Origin: Spizellomyces punctatus DAOM BR117
Lineage: Eukaryota
DNA length: 64,000 nucleotides
Assembly (NCBI GenBank): GCA_000182565.2
Contig: KQ257465.1
Strand: one strand, 5' to 3'
Position numbers and translations under genes: made by a program. Position 1 is the stretch's first letter; every line of letters starts with the position of its first letter. The notes below the pieces were generated by a model. The model was not told the origin of the DNA and searched no databases. It was given only the letters and a program-made list of their open reading frames with translations. Positions 13,887 to 24,800 of this stretch are shown here, piece after piece.

Positions 13887-14548
13887 ATGCCGCCAAAGAA
13901 AAAGCAAAAGCTTGAAAAACTCGACAAACCCACCTTACATACCTGCAACAAGACTTCCTTTGCAAAAGCTTTCCTGCCAAACTATCGCCAACGGCTTCTA
14001 GATTACATCGCCATCATCCATCAACTCGCCGACCACGCTTCCCATGCTCTCAAATTCTACATCCTATCTGCACCAACCTTCACCGTGAATGAGGAGACCA
14101 TCGAAGCGATTCTCTATCTTCTCAACAAGGGGGAGGCTTGGCATCCAAGAAAGGAAGCAAAGAAGGCATGGCGGGATTGTTTGCTGCCATATGTTCAACG
14201 CTACTGCCACATCGTCAGCTTCGTTCATCCAAATCTACAAAAAGAGCAGCAGTCAATCAATTACCTGACAGCGAGTATGATGACGAACCTGAAAGTCAAC
14301 GTTCAAGAGCATTTCATGCAGATGCTCCTTCGGTACATTAATCTGCAGCTCGATGTGAAGGGACAGAAGCAGCGACTGAAAAGCGATGCGCGAAACGCTT
14401 TCTTTGCTCGTCTTCGCTACTTGAAGTCAATTTTCCTTTTTGATATCGTGCCCGAGTCGCTCGATGACTTGACTGCTGAAGAGAGTGAACTTCTAGAAGA
14501 GATTTGGTCGCTCGATCTGCCTTTTCTTATTGACCATCCACTCGCCTA
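13887..14548 (+). pseudogene. Fanzor1 nuclease, fragment 1 (NLS and N-terminal region)
   Basis: MPPKKKQKL..KPTLHTCNKTSFAKAFLPN..HPLAY closely resembles the SpuFz1 N-terminus as recalled; interrupted by an LTR at 14549. Confidence 0.92.
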
Positions 14549-15148
14549 TGTAACGACGAGGACGTCTTCGAGAGATCGCGAGTAAGCCCAAATCGGACGC
14601 GGGAAGCACGAATCGCGTGACCAACTCCACCGATTGGGTTACCGCGACCGAAAAAACCGGTTCGGAGAATGGCAATTGGCGCATTAGATTTCAGCGTGCC
14701 TCGTACAACCTGTGGAGGCCCGAGCCAGTGCGGAAAAGGAAGAGATCGGTACCGCCACCAATAAATCAGTTGCGGTGCAGCGACACCCATTAGTTTAGTT
14801 TAGTTTAACAGTTTATCCAAGAATCTTGTATAAAAAGGATGTATTCAATAAAATAAGTCGGGGGCAGAAGCCGTAGCGACAAAAAATCCCCATAACTCGC
14901 TTCTCAACTCCAATCTTAGGTTAACAGGAACCTAACAGAGCGCTTCAACGGCCTGATCACCCGTACCGAAGCCTCTAAATCCTGCTCGGTTCACAACTAA
15001 CCGACTCTCCTTGCCTCTCGCCCTCAAGTCGCTACCGACGCCCAAAGAAAGGATTTGGAGACTACGATTCCTAGTACGGACACCCACACAACCTGCTAGG
15101 AGACCCAAGTTGTCTTTACTGTAGTCTACCAACAAAAAATCCGTTACA
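14549..15148 (+). repeat. 5' LTR (600 bp)
   Basis: Starts TGTAACG and ends CGTTACA (7-bp inverted termini), directly followed by a TGG primer-binding site; contains TATAAA and AATAAA motifs. Confidence 0.88.
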
Positions 15149-15162
15149 TGGTGGAGAAGCGC
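15149..15162 (+). promoter_or_regulatory. Primer-binding site, probably tRNA-Ala
   Basis: TGGTGGAGAAGCGC abuts the LTR and is complementary to a ..CTCCACCA tRNA 3' end. Confidence 0.7.
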
Positions 15163-15303
15163 GACGAACCGCCTTCCCCTCTCAAATTCAGCTGAAAACC
15201 TTATTCGGTCGTACCGAAACTCTTGCGCAAACCGAGATCCGCTCAGGTAGCTACTCGGAAACCTTTTCTCTCGTTTCGGAGACAGAACTTCACGAAACCG
15301 AGA

Positions 15304-18300
15304 ATGATGCCGGTCGAACGCTCACCAACGCGAGGCCGCTCACCTGTGATCCAGACTCGTAGTCAGGGTCCTGCGGAGGACGTCGAAGTCCCTCCCGCAA
15401 CACGCCCAAGGCGTTCAGGGACCACTTCCGTCGAACCGGAAGCCCCTAACTTGGCCACGATGGCCTCTGAAGTGGCAGCGTTAAAAGAAGACATTGCCCG
15501 CTCGACTGCTGCAACGCAGTTGGCAACTCAAAACCTTACGGAACAGCTTCATAGGCTTTCCGAACGTCAGACAGCGGCGGATGAGCGCCTCGCACGAGCC
15601 TTAGAAGCCCTAGCGCATCGCCCGCTGCCTGAACAACCTCCCATAGCACGAGCTACAAGAGAACGGTCCGCAACCCCGTGGGAAACGGCGGACACACCAA
15701 GGGAGCGTACCGAACCAAGTTTTTCAGGTGCGGTGCCTCCAATCCAAGTGCCAGCGGCCCCGTGGGCCAGCGACACCAAGGTCGATTCCTTGAAAGCAAA
15801 GGACGTACCCGAGTTTACGGGCAGAAGAAACCAAGACGTTGAAGAATGGCTTAACAAAGTCCAACTTCTTCAAAACGTTAGCGCAACGTCGGATGCCAGG
15901 ATGGTACAGCTCCTACCAGCCATGATAGCCGAGAAAACCCCTGCTGACGCTTGGTTTTACACTCTGGAAGCCCAGGAAACTCGCTCATGGACCTGGAAAA
16001 GGTGGAAAGAGGAACTGCTTCGAGAGTTCCGAGATCCCCTAACCGAGTCCAAGCGCAAAACCGAATATGTGCGCTGCCATGCGAACCCCAAAGAATTTCG
16101 CAGCTTTCTCGCGTTCATCGACCACAAAACTCATCTCCGGCGCCTCGCTTATGGCGACCGGGCAAACATAGAATGTCCCGCTGACCAGCATTTCGACCTA
16201 ATAGTCGAACAATTGCCCAGCGACATCCAAATCATGGTCAAATCCTGTAACGTCACGAACCTGACCAAATTAAAAGACTTCCTGCGCCTTTATTTCGGCT
16301 CTGATGACACCAGAAAACGAGACCCTTGCTACAGCGGTGCTGCAGAAGCTCAGAAGAAGTCACAAAAGACCGGAACCGACAAAGGCCCTAAGCAGACGGC
16401 TCCGCATAAAACCGGAAACCCCGAAAAGGGTCGCGATGGTCCTCAGAAGATGGTTCCGGACCCCAACAAGGAACCACCGGCACCCTGCAAATTCTGTCAG
16501 AAAAAGCATTGGAATGTTTTCTGCTGGCAGAACCCGAACCGAAAAGATCCTGAAGATGGAAAGAAAGGACCATATGGAGCACCCATGCCCTCAGGTTGGA
16601 AACCCAAACAGGAATCGAAGAAGGCGTACATAGTGGAGCTGGACTCGACGTCCGCTACCACCGAGACTCTTTTTTCGGCTTCGGAACTGGAAAGAACGGA
16701 AGCCGCTAATCAAGGATTCCACACCATCGGGTTCTTTCATTCACCCAAGCACTCGGAATCAACAATTTTGATGACCGCACCTCTTTCCAAGGTCACGGTG
16801 ACCAAGGAAGAGGACCCCCGCACGCCCACGCAGGGCTGGGACCGAGTCTGGGACAACATAGCCATCATCTGGGGCACCCCGCAAGTGGCTCTGATGATGG
16901 GCAACAACCCCCGCGCGCTCAGCTTCTTCGCCAAAGAACCGAAGCGAGGCGCCGGGCACCTCGGGAACGACCCCTACGCAGTCGCGTGGAGTTCCCACCA
17001 CCTCTACATCGCTGCCGCAGCCGAAGCTGACAAGGATCGAATCCTGCGAAAGGTCCGAGAAGACGGTACCCCTCGTTTGATTCTCCTTGCCTGGATAAAG
17101 CTCGACGAGCGCGAGAAATTCTTGATGTGGAGCTCTGAAGATCCTGTTATCTTTGATGCGTACGCCAACCTGCAACTGGTGGCATTTCTCCTGACAGGCA
17201 ATATCGTTCGCTCAGACTATTATTATCGTCGCGGAAACCCCAAATTTCGGCACGTTAAAGACCATCCACGTCTCCAAAGACACGAAGAGAGCGAACGGAC
17301 GCGTATAGTCATGCTGGCTATCGAACAAGTTGCTCGCCAGAATAAAACAACAAAACCACAAAACGACAAAACTAGAGAACACTTTGAGAGTGTGATCAAG
17401 GCTACGGAAGCAACAATTAACGACATCGCGCCCCATTTCGAGATCGCGGTGCCTTCTATCAACGCCTTCTACTCAGTAGATTTAGGCGATGTACTCAAAA
17501 GCCAGACTAAGACCCAAACGCAGCCTTGCTGGACGCTAGCCGTCATCGCGCAGCTCTGGGCACCTGTGGTACTAGACACAGGGGCCTGCGAGTCTCTGAT
17601 TTCCGACACGTACCAAGGCCTTCTGTTCTCCGAAACCGATTTGCAGGATGCGGAAACGATGGCTTTCAACGGCATTGGTGGACGTATCTCATCTACCAAG
17701 ACAGTATGCCTCGAAACTTCCCTCAGAGGCCGCGGCGGAGAATACCTGACTTTCCGCGCCTACTTTCGGGTCATCGCGTACGGGAAACCTCTCATCATCC
17801 TAGCCAACGACGTTTTGGGACATTTGAAACTCCAAACCTTGGTTCAGGAACCCCCGTTACCCAGTTTCGCGGTGACGCTCAAGAATCCAGACATCCTTAT
17901 CCCCTGCTCCATAACGGATGAGCTGGACACCGATCACATGCGCGGCACGCCATACAAGACCAAGCAGGGTGAATTCATGAAGGATGTGTCAATGCCACGG
18001 CTGACCAAAGCCAAAGCTCAGAAGTCTAGATTAACCATGTTAATCACGGGACAGACGCGCGTGGCAGCCCAAACTTTTCTCATCGAAAACCCTCTTGAGG
18101 CCACCGCTGCTAGCTCAACGGTCCCGTTAGGCCTCAAACTGTCCACCGCGACCCATAATTCGGTTGCGGACCCCGAAGAGAACATTTCCAAAGAAGAATG
18201 GCAGACACTTCGGAACAAATGGAACCTCGACTCTACGGAGAGGGCTCCAGGGGCCTTCGAAGCCCAATTAAAAGACGCGGAACGTTTCCACGTCGATCTC

Positions 18301-19176
18301 AAGCGACCCAAACCCGTGGTCTGGGCCCTAATCAACATTCTACGACACTTCCATCAAGCCTTCAGCTATGAGGGTCATCTCATAGGGAACTACACCAAGA
18401 TTCCTTATGCGCCTCGATTTATCTCGGCTCCGCCACCCCTTTCGAGGCCACGGTCGTACTCTCCGTTGGAGCGGACAGCCCTCGAGACGGAGCGAGACAC
18501 CATGATGGGGCTTCAGAGGTGGAAACGAACCACCGAAGTAACCTTCGCCAGCGATCCTGTTATCATTCGCTATGCAGACAAACCCCCGCGCGTAGCCTTC
18601 GACTATCGCCGAGCCAACGACTGCATGGCCTGGGATCCATATCCCTTTCCCATCATGCTCGACATCCTGAACTGGATCGTCGCAGTCCCATTCCGATACA
18701 TATCGGGAGGTGACGCAAACAAAGGATTCTACCAAATCGCCATCACCGATGCGTCGGTACGCAAATGGCTCGCGCTCAGACTCCATGACGGCATCTACGA
18801 ACCACTCTTTATGCCCTTCGGACCCAAGACTGCCCCCTCGCACTTCTGTCGGGTGATGGACGACACCTTGGGTCCCTCCAAATGGCGAAATATCAACAAC
18901 TTCGTCGACGATATCCACACACGAGTGGAGACAGCCGCGGAAGCCCTAGACGCCATCGCGGACTGGCTCGACCGCTTTTCCAGAGCCAAACTCACCCTAA
19001 GACTCGACAAGTGTCAATGGCTCTTTCACCAGCTCACGGCCCTCGGTTTCGTTGCCTCCTCTCAGGGTCTCGCTACCGATCCAGACAAGGTCGCAACCAT
19101 AGTCGATTGGCCACAACCCAAATTCATAGGTGACCTGAATTTTCCCTGCCTACTGTCGGTTGTCAAGCCTATATGA
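15304..19176 (+). CDS. Gag-protease-RT polyprotein, truncated after the RT core
   Basis: Gag PEFTG..VEEWL, knuckle CKFCQKKHWNVFC, protease VLDTGA, RT motifs RVAFDYR, DANKGFYQ, MPFG, NFVDD, DPDKV. First ATG at 15304; the last ~12 codons come from out-of-frame Fanzor DNA. Confidence 0.9.
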   Translation: MMPVERSPTRGRSPVIQTRSQGPAEDVEVPPATRPRRSGTTSVEPEAPNLATMASEVAALKEDIARSTAATQLATQNLTEQLHRLSERQTAADERLARALEALAHRPLPEQPPIARATRERSATPWETADTPRERTEPSFSGAVPPIQVPAAPWASDTKVDSLKAKDVPEFTGRRNQDVEEWLNKVQLLQNVSATSDARMVQLLPAMIAEKTPADAWFYTLEAQETRSWTWKRWKEELLREFRDPLTESKRKTEYVRCHANPKEFRSFLAFIDHKTHLRRLAYGDRANIECPADQHFDLIVEQLPSDIQIMVKSCNVTNLTKLKDFLRLYFGSDDTRKRDPCYSGAAEAQKKSQKTGTDKGPKQTAPHKTGNPEKGRDGPQKMVPDPNKEPPAPCKFCQKKHWNVFCWQNPNRKDPEDGKKGPYGAPMPSGWKPKQESKKAYIVELDSTSATTETLFSASELERTEAANQGFHTIGFFHSPKHSESTILMTAPLSKVTVTKEEDPRTPTQGWDRVWDNIAIIWGTPQVALMMGNNPRALSFFAKEPKRGAGHLGNDPYAVAWSSHHLYIAAAAEADKDRILRKVREDGTPRLILLAWIKLDEREKFLMWSSEDPVIFDAYANLQLVAFLLTGNIVRSDYYYRRGNPKFRHVKDHPRLQRHEESERTRIVMLAIEQVARQNKTTKPQNDKTREHFESVIKATEATINDIAPHFEIAVPSINAFYSVDLGDVLKSQTKTQTQPCWTLAVIAQLWAPVVLDTGACESLISDTYQGLLFSETDLQDAETMAFNGIGGRISSTKTVCLETSLRGRGGEYLTFRAYFRVIAYGKPLIILANDVLGHLKLQTLVQEPPLPSFAVTLKNPDILIPCSITDELDTDHMRGTPYKTKQGEFMKDVSMPRLTKAKAQKSRLTMLITGQTRVAAQTFLIENPLEATAASSTVPLGLKLSTATHNSVADPEENISKEEWQTLRNKWNLDSTERAPGAFEAQLKDAERFHVDLKRPKPVVWALINILRHFHQAFSYEGHLIGNYTKIPYAPRFISAPPPLSRPRSYSPLERTALETERDTMMGLQRWKRTTEVTFASDPVIIRYADKPPRVAFDYRRANDCMAWDPYPFPIMLDILNWIVAVPFRYISGGDANKGFYQIAITDASVRKWLALRLHDGIYEPLFMPFGPKTAPSHFCRVMDDTLGPSKWRNINNFVDDIHTRVETAAEALDAIADWLDRFSRAKLTLRLDKCQWLFHQLTALGFVASSQGLATDPDKVATIVDWPQPKFIGDLNFPCLLSVVKPI

Positions 19177-19627
19177 AAAGCATGGATTTCGACGGTTCAG
19201 TGCAATCCCTCTTCGTCGGTCGCTGATTCAGTCCCATATTCGCATCGACACGGTCATTCTCTACGCCCACATCCTCTGCATCACCCGCCAAGAAGCACAA
19301 GCCGTAGAGAAGGTCGATTTATGGATGCGCGTCTGCAATCTACGTACCAAGGCTTTTCGGTCTCACCGCGATATGCAGTTTGAAGGCTCGATCACGACGG
19401 ACGGCACCTCGGTGTCAGTTTACTTGAAACATCCTGAAGCTGACAAGTATGGAAAGCACAGCGGCGGAGGGAAGAAGTCAGCAAAGACCCTAGAAGCTGA
19501 GGTGAAGGCAGTATATGTGGAAAACAACTTATCTGCTTGTCAAGAGAACATTGTCGTTATCGATCCAAACAAGCGCGATCTTCTCTACTGCCAAGACAAC
19601 AAGGGCACCATCTTCCGTTACACCGCC
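19140..19627 (+). pseudogene. Fanzor1 nuclease, fragment 2 (includes RuvC-I Asp)
   Basis: FPAYCRLSSLYEKHGFRRFSAIPLRR..ITTDGTSVSV..VVIDPNKRD..FRYTA; ends at the CCGCC TSD. Confidence 0.92.
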
Positions 19628-19675
19628 TGTGGTAGTGCATGCCTGTGGTATATACCACAGGCATGCACTACCACA
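19628..19675. repeat. Perfect 48-bp terminal palindrome (left)
   Basis: TGTGGTAGTGCATGCCTGTGGTAT|ATACCACAGGCATGCACTACCACA. Confidence 0.98.
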
Positions 19676-19695
19676 GTGCCCATAGTCAGCTTCAC

Positions 19696-19855
19696 TGTAC
19701 CAAAACCCATAGTATGGAAGAATGTACCAAAACCCATAGTACGGAAGAATGTACCAAAACCCATAGTACGGAAGAATGTACCAAAACCCATAGTACGGAA
19801 GAATGTACCAAAACCCATAGTACGGAAGAATGTACCAAAACCCATAGTACGGAAG
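19696..19855 (+). repeat. Subterminal 27-bp tandem array, 6 copies (7 in the right TIR, ~43818-44004)
   Basis: Unit TGTACCAAAACCCATAGTACGGAAGAA. Confidence 0.95.
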
Positions 19856-20011
19856 TGTTTGCCCAATGCATTGGAGTGTTTCAAAGTGTTTCGAGTCTTC
19901 CAAGGTGTTTGCCCAATGCATTGGAGTGTTTCAAAGTGTTTCGAGTCTTCCAAGGTGTTTGCCCAATGCATTGGAGTGTTTCAAAGTGTTTCGAGTCGTC
20001 CAAGGTGTTTG
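19855..20011 (+). repeat. Subterminal 50-bp tandem array, ~3 copies (mirrored in the right TIR)
   Basis: Unit GTGTTTGCCCAATGCATTGGAGTGTTTCAAAGTGTTTCGAGTCTTCCAAG, containing the palindrome CCAATGCATTGG. Confidence 0.95.
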
Positions 20012-20174
20012 TCCAAGTCCGGGACTATTGATGAAGGGATGATATGCGGTATAGTGCACTTACATGTCAAATTTTACGCATCTAATATTTCACGTGTCCA
20101 AACTCCACCTAATTCAAAGTCAACACTGGTTCTAACTTGACATTCGCTTCTTCTCAAGACTCCATGATATCACT

Positions 20175-20426
20175 TCATCTTGGGACTCCATCTCTCAGCC
20201 TTCGACATCGTAGCTTGTGGACTCGTCTGTGGACTCGTCTCTCCACATATCTCTTCCAACAAGGATAGCATCGAAACTTGTATCCTTTCTGTCCAATTCT
20301 TCGCAATTGAAACCTCCTTCCACAATCCATGCAGATTTGCTCTAGACTTTGGTGTCCATTGTTCCCTGAAAGCAACCATTCCAATATCCATCTCGGCACC
20401 AGCACACAATCATTCACATAGTCCAT
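20175..20426 (-). CDS. TIR-encoded 83-aa basic zinc-ribbon protein (left copy)
   Basis: CMDC..CYPC motif, Arg-rich tail, ACAATGG start context, upstream TATAAAA. Confidence 0.5.
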   Translation of the reverse strand: MDYVNDCVLVPRWILEWLLSGNNGHQSLEQICMDCGRRFQLRRIGQKGYKFRCYPCWKRYVERRVHRRVHKLRCRRLRDGVPR

Positions 20427-21507
20427 TGTTAATTGTTGTATATGGGAATCGTTTTTGAAAAGAAGGCTTCGAGCTGGGGGGACTGGCGGGACCGGCGACC
20501 CTCTTTTATAAACGGATAAGGAACTCTCCCATCTTATCGATAAGATGGTTCACTAGTCCTCTCATCCTATCGATATAACATGTTCGATCTCTCATCGACA
20601 AAGTGTTGATTTTTTTGCCCTTCATGCATAGTAGAGCATTTGTAAGTGTGCATTTAATTATGTAGAGCAGGATGTAGAGCCGTGCACACTTGCACACTTA
20701 CACACTTCCATTTGGGTTGCTTTAGGGAAAAAGTTACTTAATACTAATATTATTATTAGTATGTCCTCAATTTCTCTCTCAAAGAACCTGAAAACTAAGT
20801 GTGCAAGTGTGCAAGTGTGCATGTAGACCATTCTTCATTGATTTCTTTCCGACTTTCACTAGAGAACAATGGAAGACTAGCTAATCATTTCTGATATTAT
20901 CTACAATCACCTAGTCGCACACTTCCTACACATTTCCATTTCTAAATGTGCAAGTGTGCATTTGTCTAATTCACTTTTGACATCCTCACTGCTATCCGCG
21001 TCCCTCCATGCCTGTGGTGTGATAGGTTTGCTATCTGTACCATCCGCCTGATATAGAAATAGCATGAACTCTTTGCTACTGGGTTTGCTTTAAACTCACT
21101 TTTTACTTCTGAGTTGCGTAGTTGCGTTTGATGGAAGATGGTCGTAGAGGCAGCAAGGAAAGGATCAGTGGAGGGATTCCAAGAGGAGAACTAAAGCGAG
21201 TTCGGATACCATCACGTGATCTAAAATTTGAATGCATTGCGCAAAGTGGCACAGTCAACCTAATGCCAAAGTCTATCGGCTGCACACTATATAATCGAGT
21301 GCCACTTATGTAATGGACCCGTGCATCGCTGCACAAAAAGCTGTGTTGGCATCTGTGTTTCAGATGCATGTGGTTTCTTTTTCGTTTCTTTTTGTGGTCA
21401 GTCCAACGAAAGAAGCCATGAAAAGGAAAGGACTGTATGACCCAATGGGGATACAGTTCTCCATCTGCATCCCCATCTTTTATAGAGAAAAAAAAGGGAA
21501 GCCGCGT

Positions 21508-21822
21508 TCACCCAATTTCCATCCGCATTTCTAGAACAAAGAGCCTTTCATTATGATTGTGTCCTAAGAGAACGCAATCCTGCAAGATGGCCAAGTAGCC
21601 GGAATTTCGAAAGCAGATTTCATCCAGTTTCTTCAAGTGGACGATTGACATTATCTCTTTGAAGATGTGTTCGTTCTGGTCTGTTTTCGGAAGAAACAAT
21701 ATGATACGTTTTTTATCTCCTGTCATCATACCTCGACAGTACCTCCAGAATTTATCCATGTCACCCTTCACAGCGTCCTTGATGTTCAATACTGAATGAC
21801 CTTCAATATCCGCGCGTCGCAT
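21508..21822 (-). CDS. Viral hypothetical protein (104 aa)
   Basis: ATG ORF with A-rich leader, co-oriented just downstream of the fibre gene. Confidence 0.45.
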   Translation of the reverse strand: MRRADIEGHSVLNIKDAVKGDMDKFWRYCRGMMTGDKKRIILFLPKTDQNEHIFKEIMSIVHLKKLDEICFRNSGYLAILQDCVLLGHNHNERLFVLEMRMEIG

Positions 21823-21874
21823 TCTTATCTTGCATAGCTTCTTTTTTAAATGATGGCAAATGAAGTTCCTTTCT

Positions 21875-24800
21875 TTAAGACCCTAATTCCATTACCTCTA
21901 TAATGGTTACATCTGCGCTTGTGTCCGGTGCTGCATTTACTGCTGAAAAATTGGTAAAATATGCTACATCAGGAACTAACCCCGACACAATGAATGAGGC
22001 ATAAATTGTTCTGTTCACTCCAGCATTATAGTTAAAATCACTGGAAAAGACTGACGGCATCGAACCGGCATTAGTTCCTAGATACACATTGAGTGTTCCT
22101 CCTGCATTATTGGTGCCATGCAAGTTGATGGTATAGCGTATCAACGCCCGGCCGGCTGTAGAAACATAGAACGTCTTTGTTCCGCTACCAGTTGTGATTA
22201 CATCTTTAGTTAGCATTTTGAACACCTGAACCTTTGGAAACTGTACTTGAGATGACACCCAGGCTTGCGTCGCACAGATCTGACCATTCGAGTAAACTGG
22301 CCCATTTGAATACAAGTTGCCTCCTGCAACAACATGTGCACCAACCGCAACTCCTCCATTCACAACCAATGCGCCCGTTGTACTCGATAACACTGGAGTG
22401 GTGCTTTCAACAACGACATTACCTGTGTTAGGATAAATGTAAATACCTTTTGCTCCCTGTGATTGAAGGCGTACGGCACCGACGTCATTCCTGAGCGTGA
22501 GTGTATTAGCGCCTCCATCTACTGTTCGATTTGAGCCATTCATAAAAAGAACGGAAGAACCCGCGGCCGTCGTTAAATAGTAAATTGGTGCTGCATTCGT
22601 TCCTGTGTCTACATTCTTGACCTGAATGCTTCTTAAAGCATTTACACTGGTGTTTCCGATGATGACATCTCTATCAAAATAAGCATTTCCGGTTGCTCCA
22701 TTAAGCGACATACTTCGAATAGATGCGTTGCTTTGTCCGACATAGAAATTCAGGTCTACATTGTTACTACCAGGCAAATAGGATTGTATAGAACATATAT
22801 TTTGCATTGCGTGTGAAAACATGAGGGTATTGGTTTGGCCAACACTATAGTTAGTATTTTGGATGGTCATTTGTGCCCCAGAAACCCATAGTTTCTTAGC
22901 GATTCCAAGCCCTCCTGCAACTTGAAAAGCACCCATCGTTGAGGATGTAGAGTCAGTGGTCGTATTCAACAGGAGAGTACCTGTATTACCTAATACCATC
23001 CATTGGGTGCCGTTGTTCATGGTGCTAAAATATAGTGGGGCCGCACTATTAGTGGTATTATTCAATCCGCTTTGAATGTAATTAGCACCGCTGGTGCTAA
23101 CAAATCACATACAACTAGGAGTTGCACCCGTGTCCATTAGATAATGCGATACACCACCCGACTGGCCTTGCATGATATTTTTTGAAATCCCTACACCTCC
23201 TTTAACCTGTAGAGCACCTGTAGAGACTGTTGTTGCATCGCTTGTATCATTAGCAACAATGGTAGCGACAGACAAGGGTGTAGTCATTGTGATTATATCT
23301 TGTTTCGAAGATAGCGATGTTTGCAATGAAGATATGTCTGACCCGTAATCGACAATGTTCAAAATACTTCGAACTTCAATGTCGTTTTGAAGAATAAGAC
23401 CATTGACATCATCACCCATGACAAACATATTGCTCATCGGTTGCATGGATGCAATGGAATCAAGTAAAGGACTTGCATCTTGCTTACCAGATAGGTCAAC
23501 ACTCGTTACACCCAGAATGTCTCGTACCTCTGCTGGCGTCTTCACAGAAAAGGTAGTTCCATCATTTCCTATGATAAAGGAATTTGTTGATGGAACAAGA
23601 CCACTTAAAGAGGACAACAAAGGACTCGATGGTTGTAATGTGGAAATCGCTGAGGAAACATAACTCTGTGTTGCGACTTGAGCACTATTTGCAAAAATGT
23701 TACCACCGACATAAAGCGCCTTACCAATTCCAACACCACCCTTGACTTGGAATCCCCCTGTTGTTGACGATGTAGAGTCGGTTGTGGTATTCACTACCAC
23801 GGAACCAGAGGACAATATGTCTAAAGTAGATGTGGTATTTGTAGTCCCAAAGCGGAAGTTCGTACCTATAGTCCGCATACATACATCATTGGCCAAATCA
23901 TTGAAAAACATTTGACCATTGGTTGATGGACTGAACGAAACAAAGTCTCCGGCATTTGTCCCTGTACCCCATCTGAAACCTAGTCCTGTACCTTTACCAC
24001 TGTATACCGAACTTCCAACATAAAGATTTTTAGAGACCCCGACTCCACCTGCAACCTGTAATGTGCCTGTAGCCGTTGACGAGGAGTCAGAAGTACATGT
24101 AACTTGGGTTATTCCGGTGTTGGAAATTTTGAAGACATAGCCGATGTTGTTATAACTGCAATTCAATCCGAAGCCCCCTGCGGCTAATACTCCATCCGGC
24201 GAAGCCCCTGCTACGCGAAGCCCCCATGTCACATTCGATGCCGAATTGACCAGCGACATGAATGTTGGCGAAGATCCATTTTGAACACTCAAATAACCAT
24301 TTGCAGTAACAGAAGCAAGACTCAGATTAGTTGATGTAGTGATGTTGTTCTGTTTCCCAGAAAGCAGTGTGTTCACACCAGCATTTGTAGCAATATCGAG
24401 GATGCCTTTTACTTGAGTCGAAGTGACATTATCCAAAGTTGTTCCCGTTGAGGAATACAACCAAGAGTCAGGCTGCACCGTCATCATGTACAGGCTATTA
24501 GTTGTAGCGTTCATAGGCTGCTTCGATGCGAGTGCAGTAGTGACGGCATTGTTGTTGTTATTAACTGTGGTTGTCAATGAAGACAAGGTTTGACTTATTG
24601 GAGCGGTGTTATCAATTACAAATTTCTGAGTTGCAACTTCAATACCTCCGATGTAAGCCATTCCACCAATATATGCATCAGTTGATACTCCTAGCCCGCC
24701 GCTCATAACAACATTCCCTGTGGGGTCCACTCGAAAAACATATCCCTTATCTTGGAAAGAAGAGTATAGGCCGAGAACTCCAGAAGGTAGGTTTCCATTT

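Larger units (their letters stand above)
14549..19139 (+). mobile_element. 3'-truncated Ty3/Gypsy LTR retrotransposon inserted in the Fanzor ORF
   Basis: One LTR, PBS and a gag-PR-RT ORF; no RNase H, integrase or 3' LTR before Fanzor sequence resumes at ~19140. Confidence 0.9.
19628..21052 (+). repeat. Left viral TIR (1425 bp)
   Basis: Reverse complement of 42622-44072, apart from 4 substitutions, a 1-bp indel and one fewer 27-bp unit (compared by eye). Confidence 0.95.

Noticed and set aside
19148-19152. GCCTA as the retroelement's downstream TSD
   Set aside because: It matches 14544-14548 but lies inside Fanzor codons (PAY), and no 3' LTR precedes it.
15304-19627. RT-Fanzor fusion protein
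   Set aside because: The retroelement ORF and Fanzor fragment 2 are in different frames; the former stops at 19176.
19620-19627. 8-bp TSD ACACCGCC for the virus
   Set aside because: The ACA on the right belongs to the TIR and palindrome; TIR symmetry fixes a 5-bp TSD.
19696-20011. 27-bp and 50-bp repeats as a CRISPR array
   Set aside because: Units are contiguous with no unique spacers and are mirrored in the other TIR; no cas genes are present.
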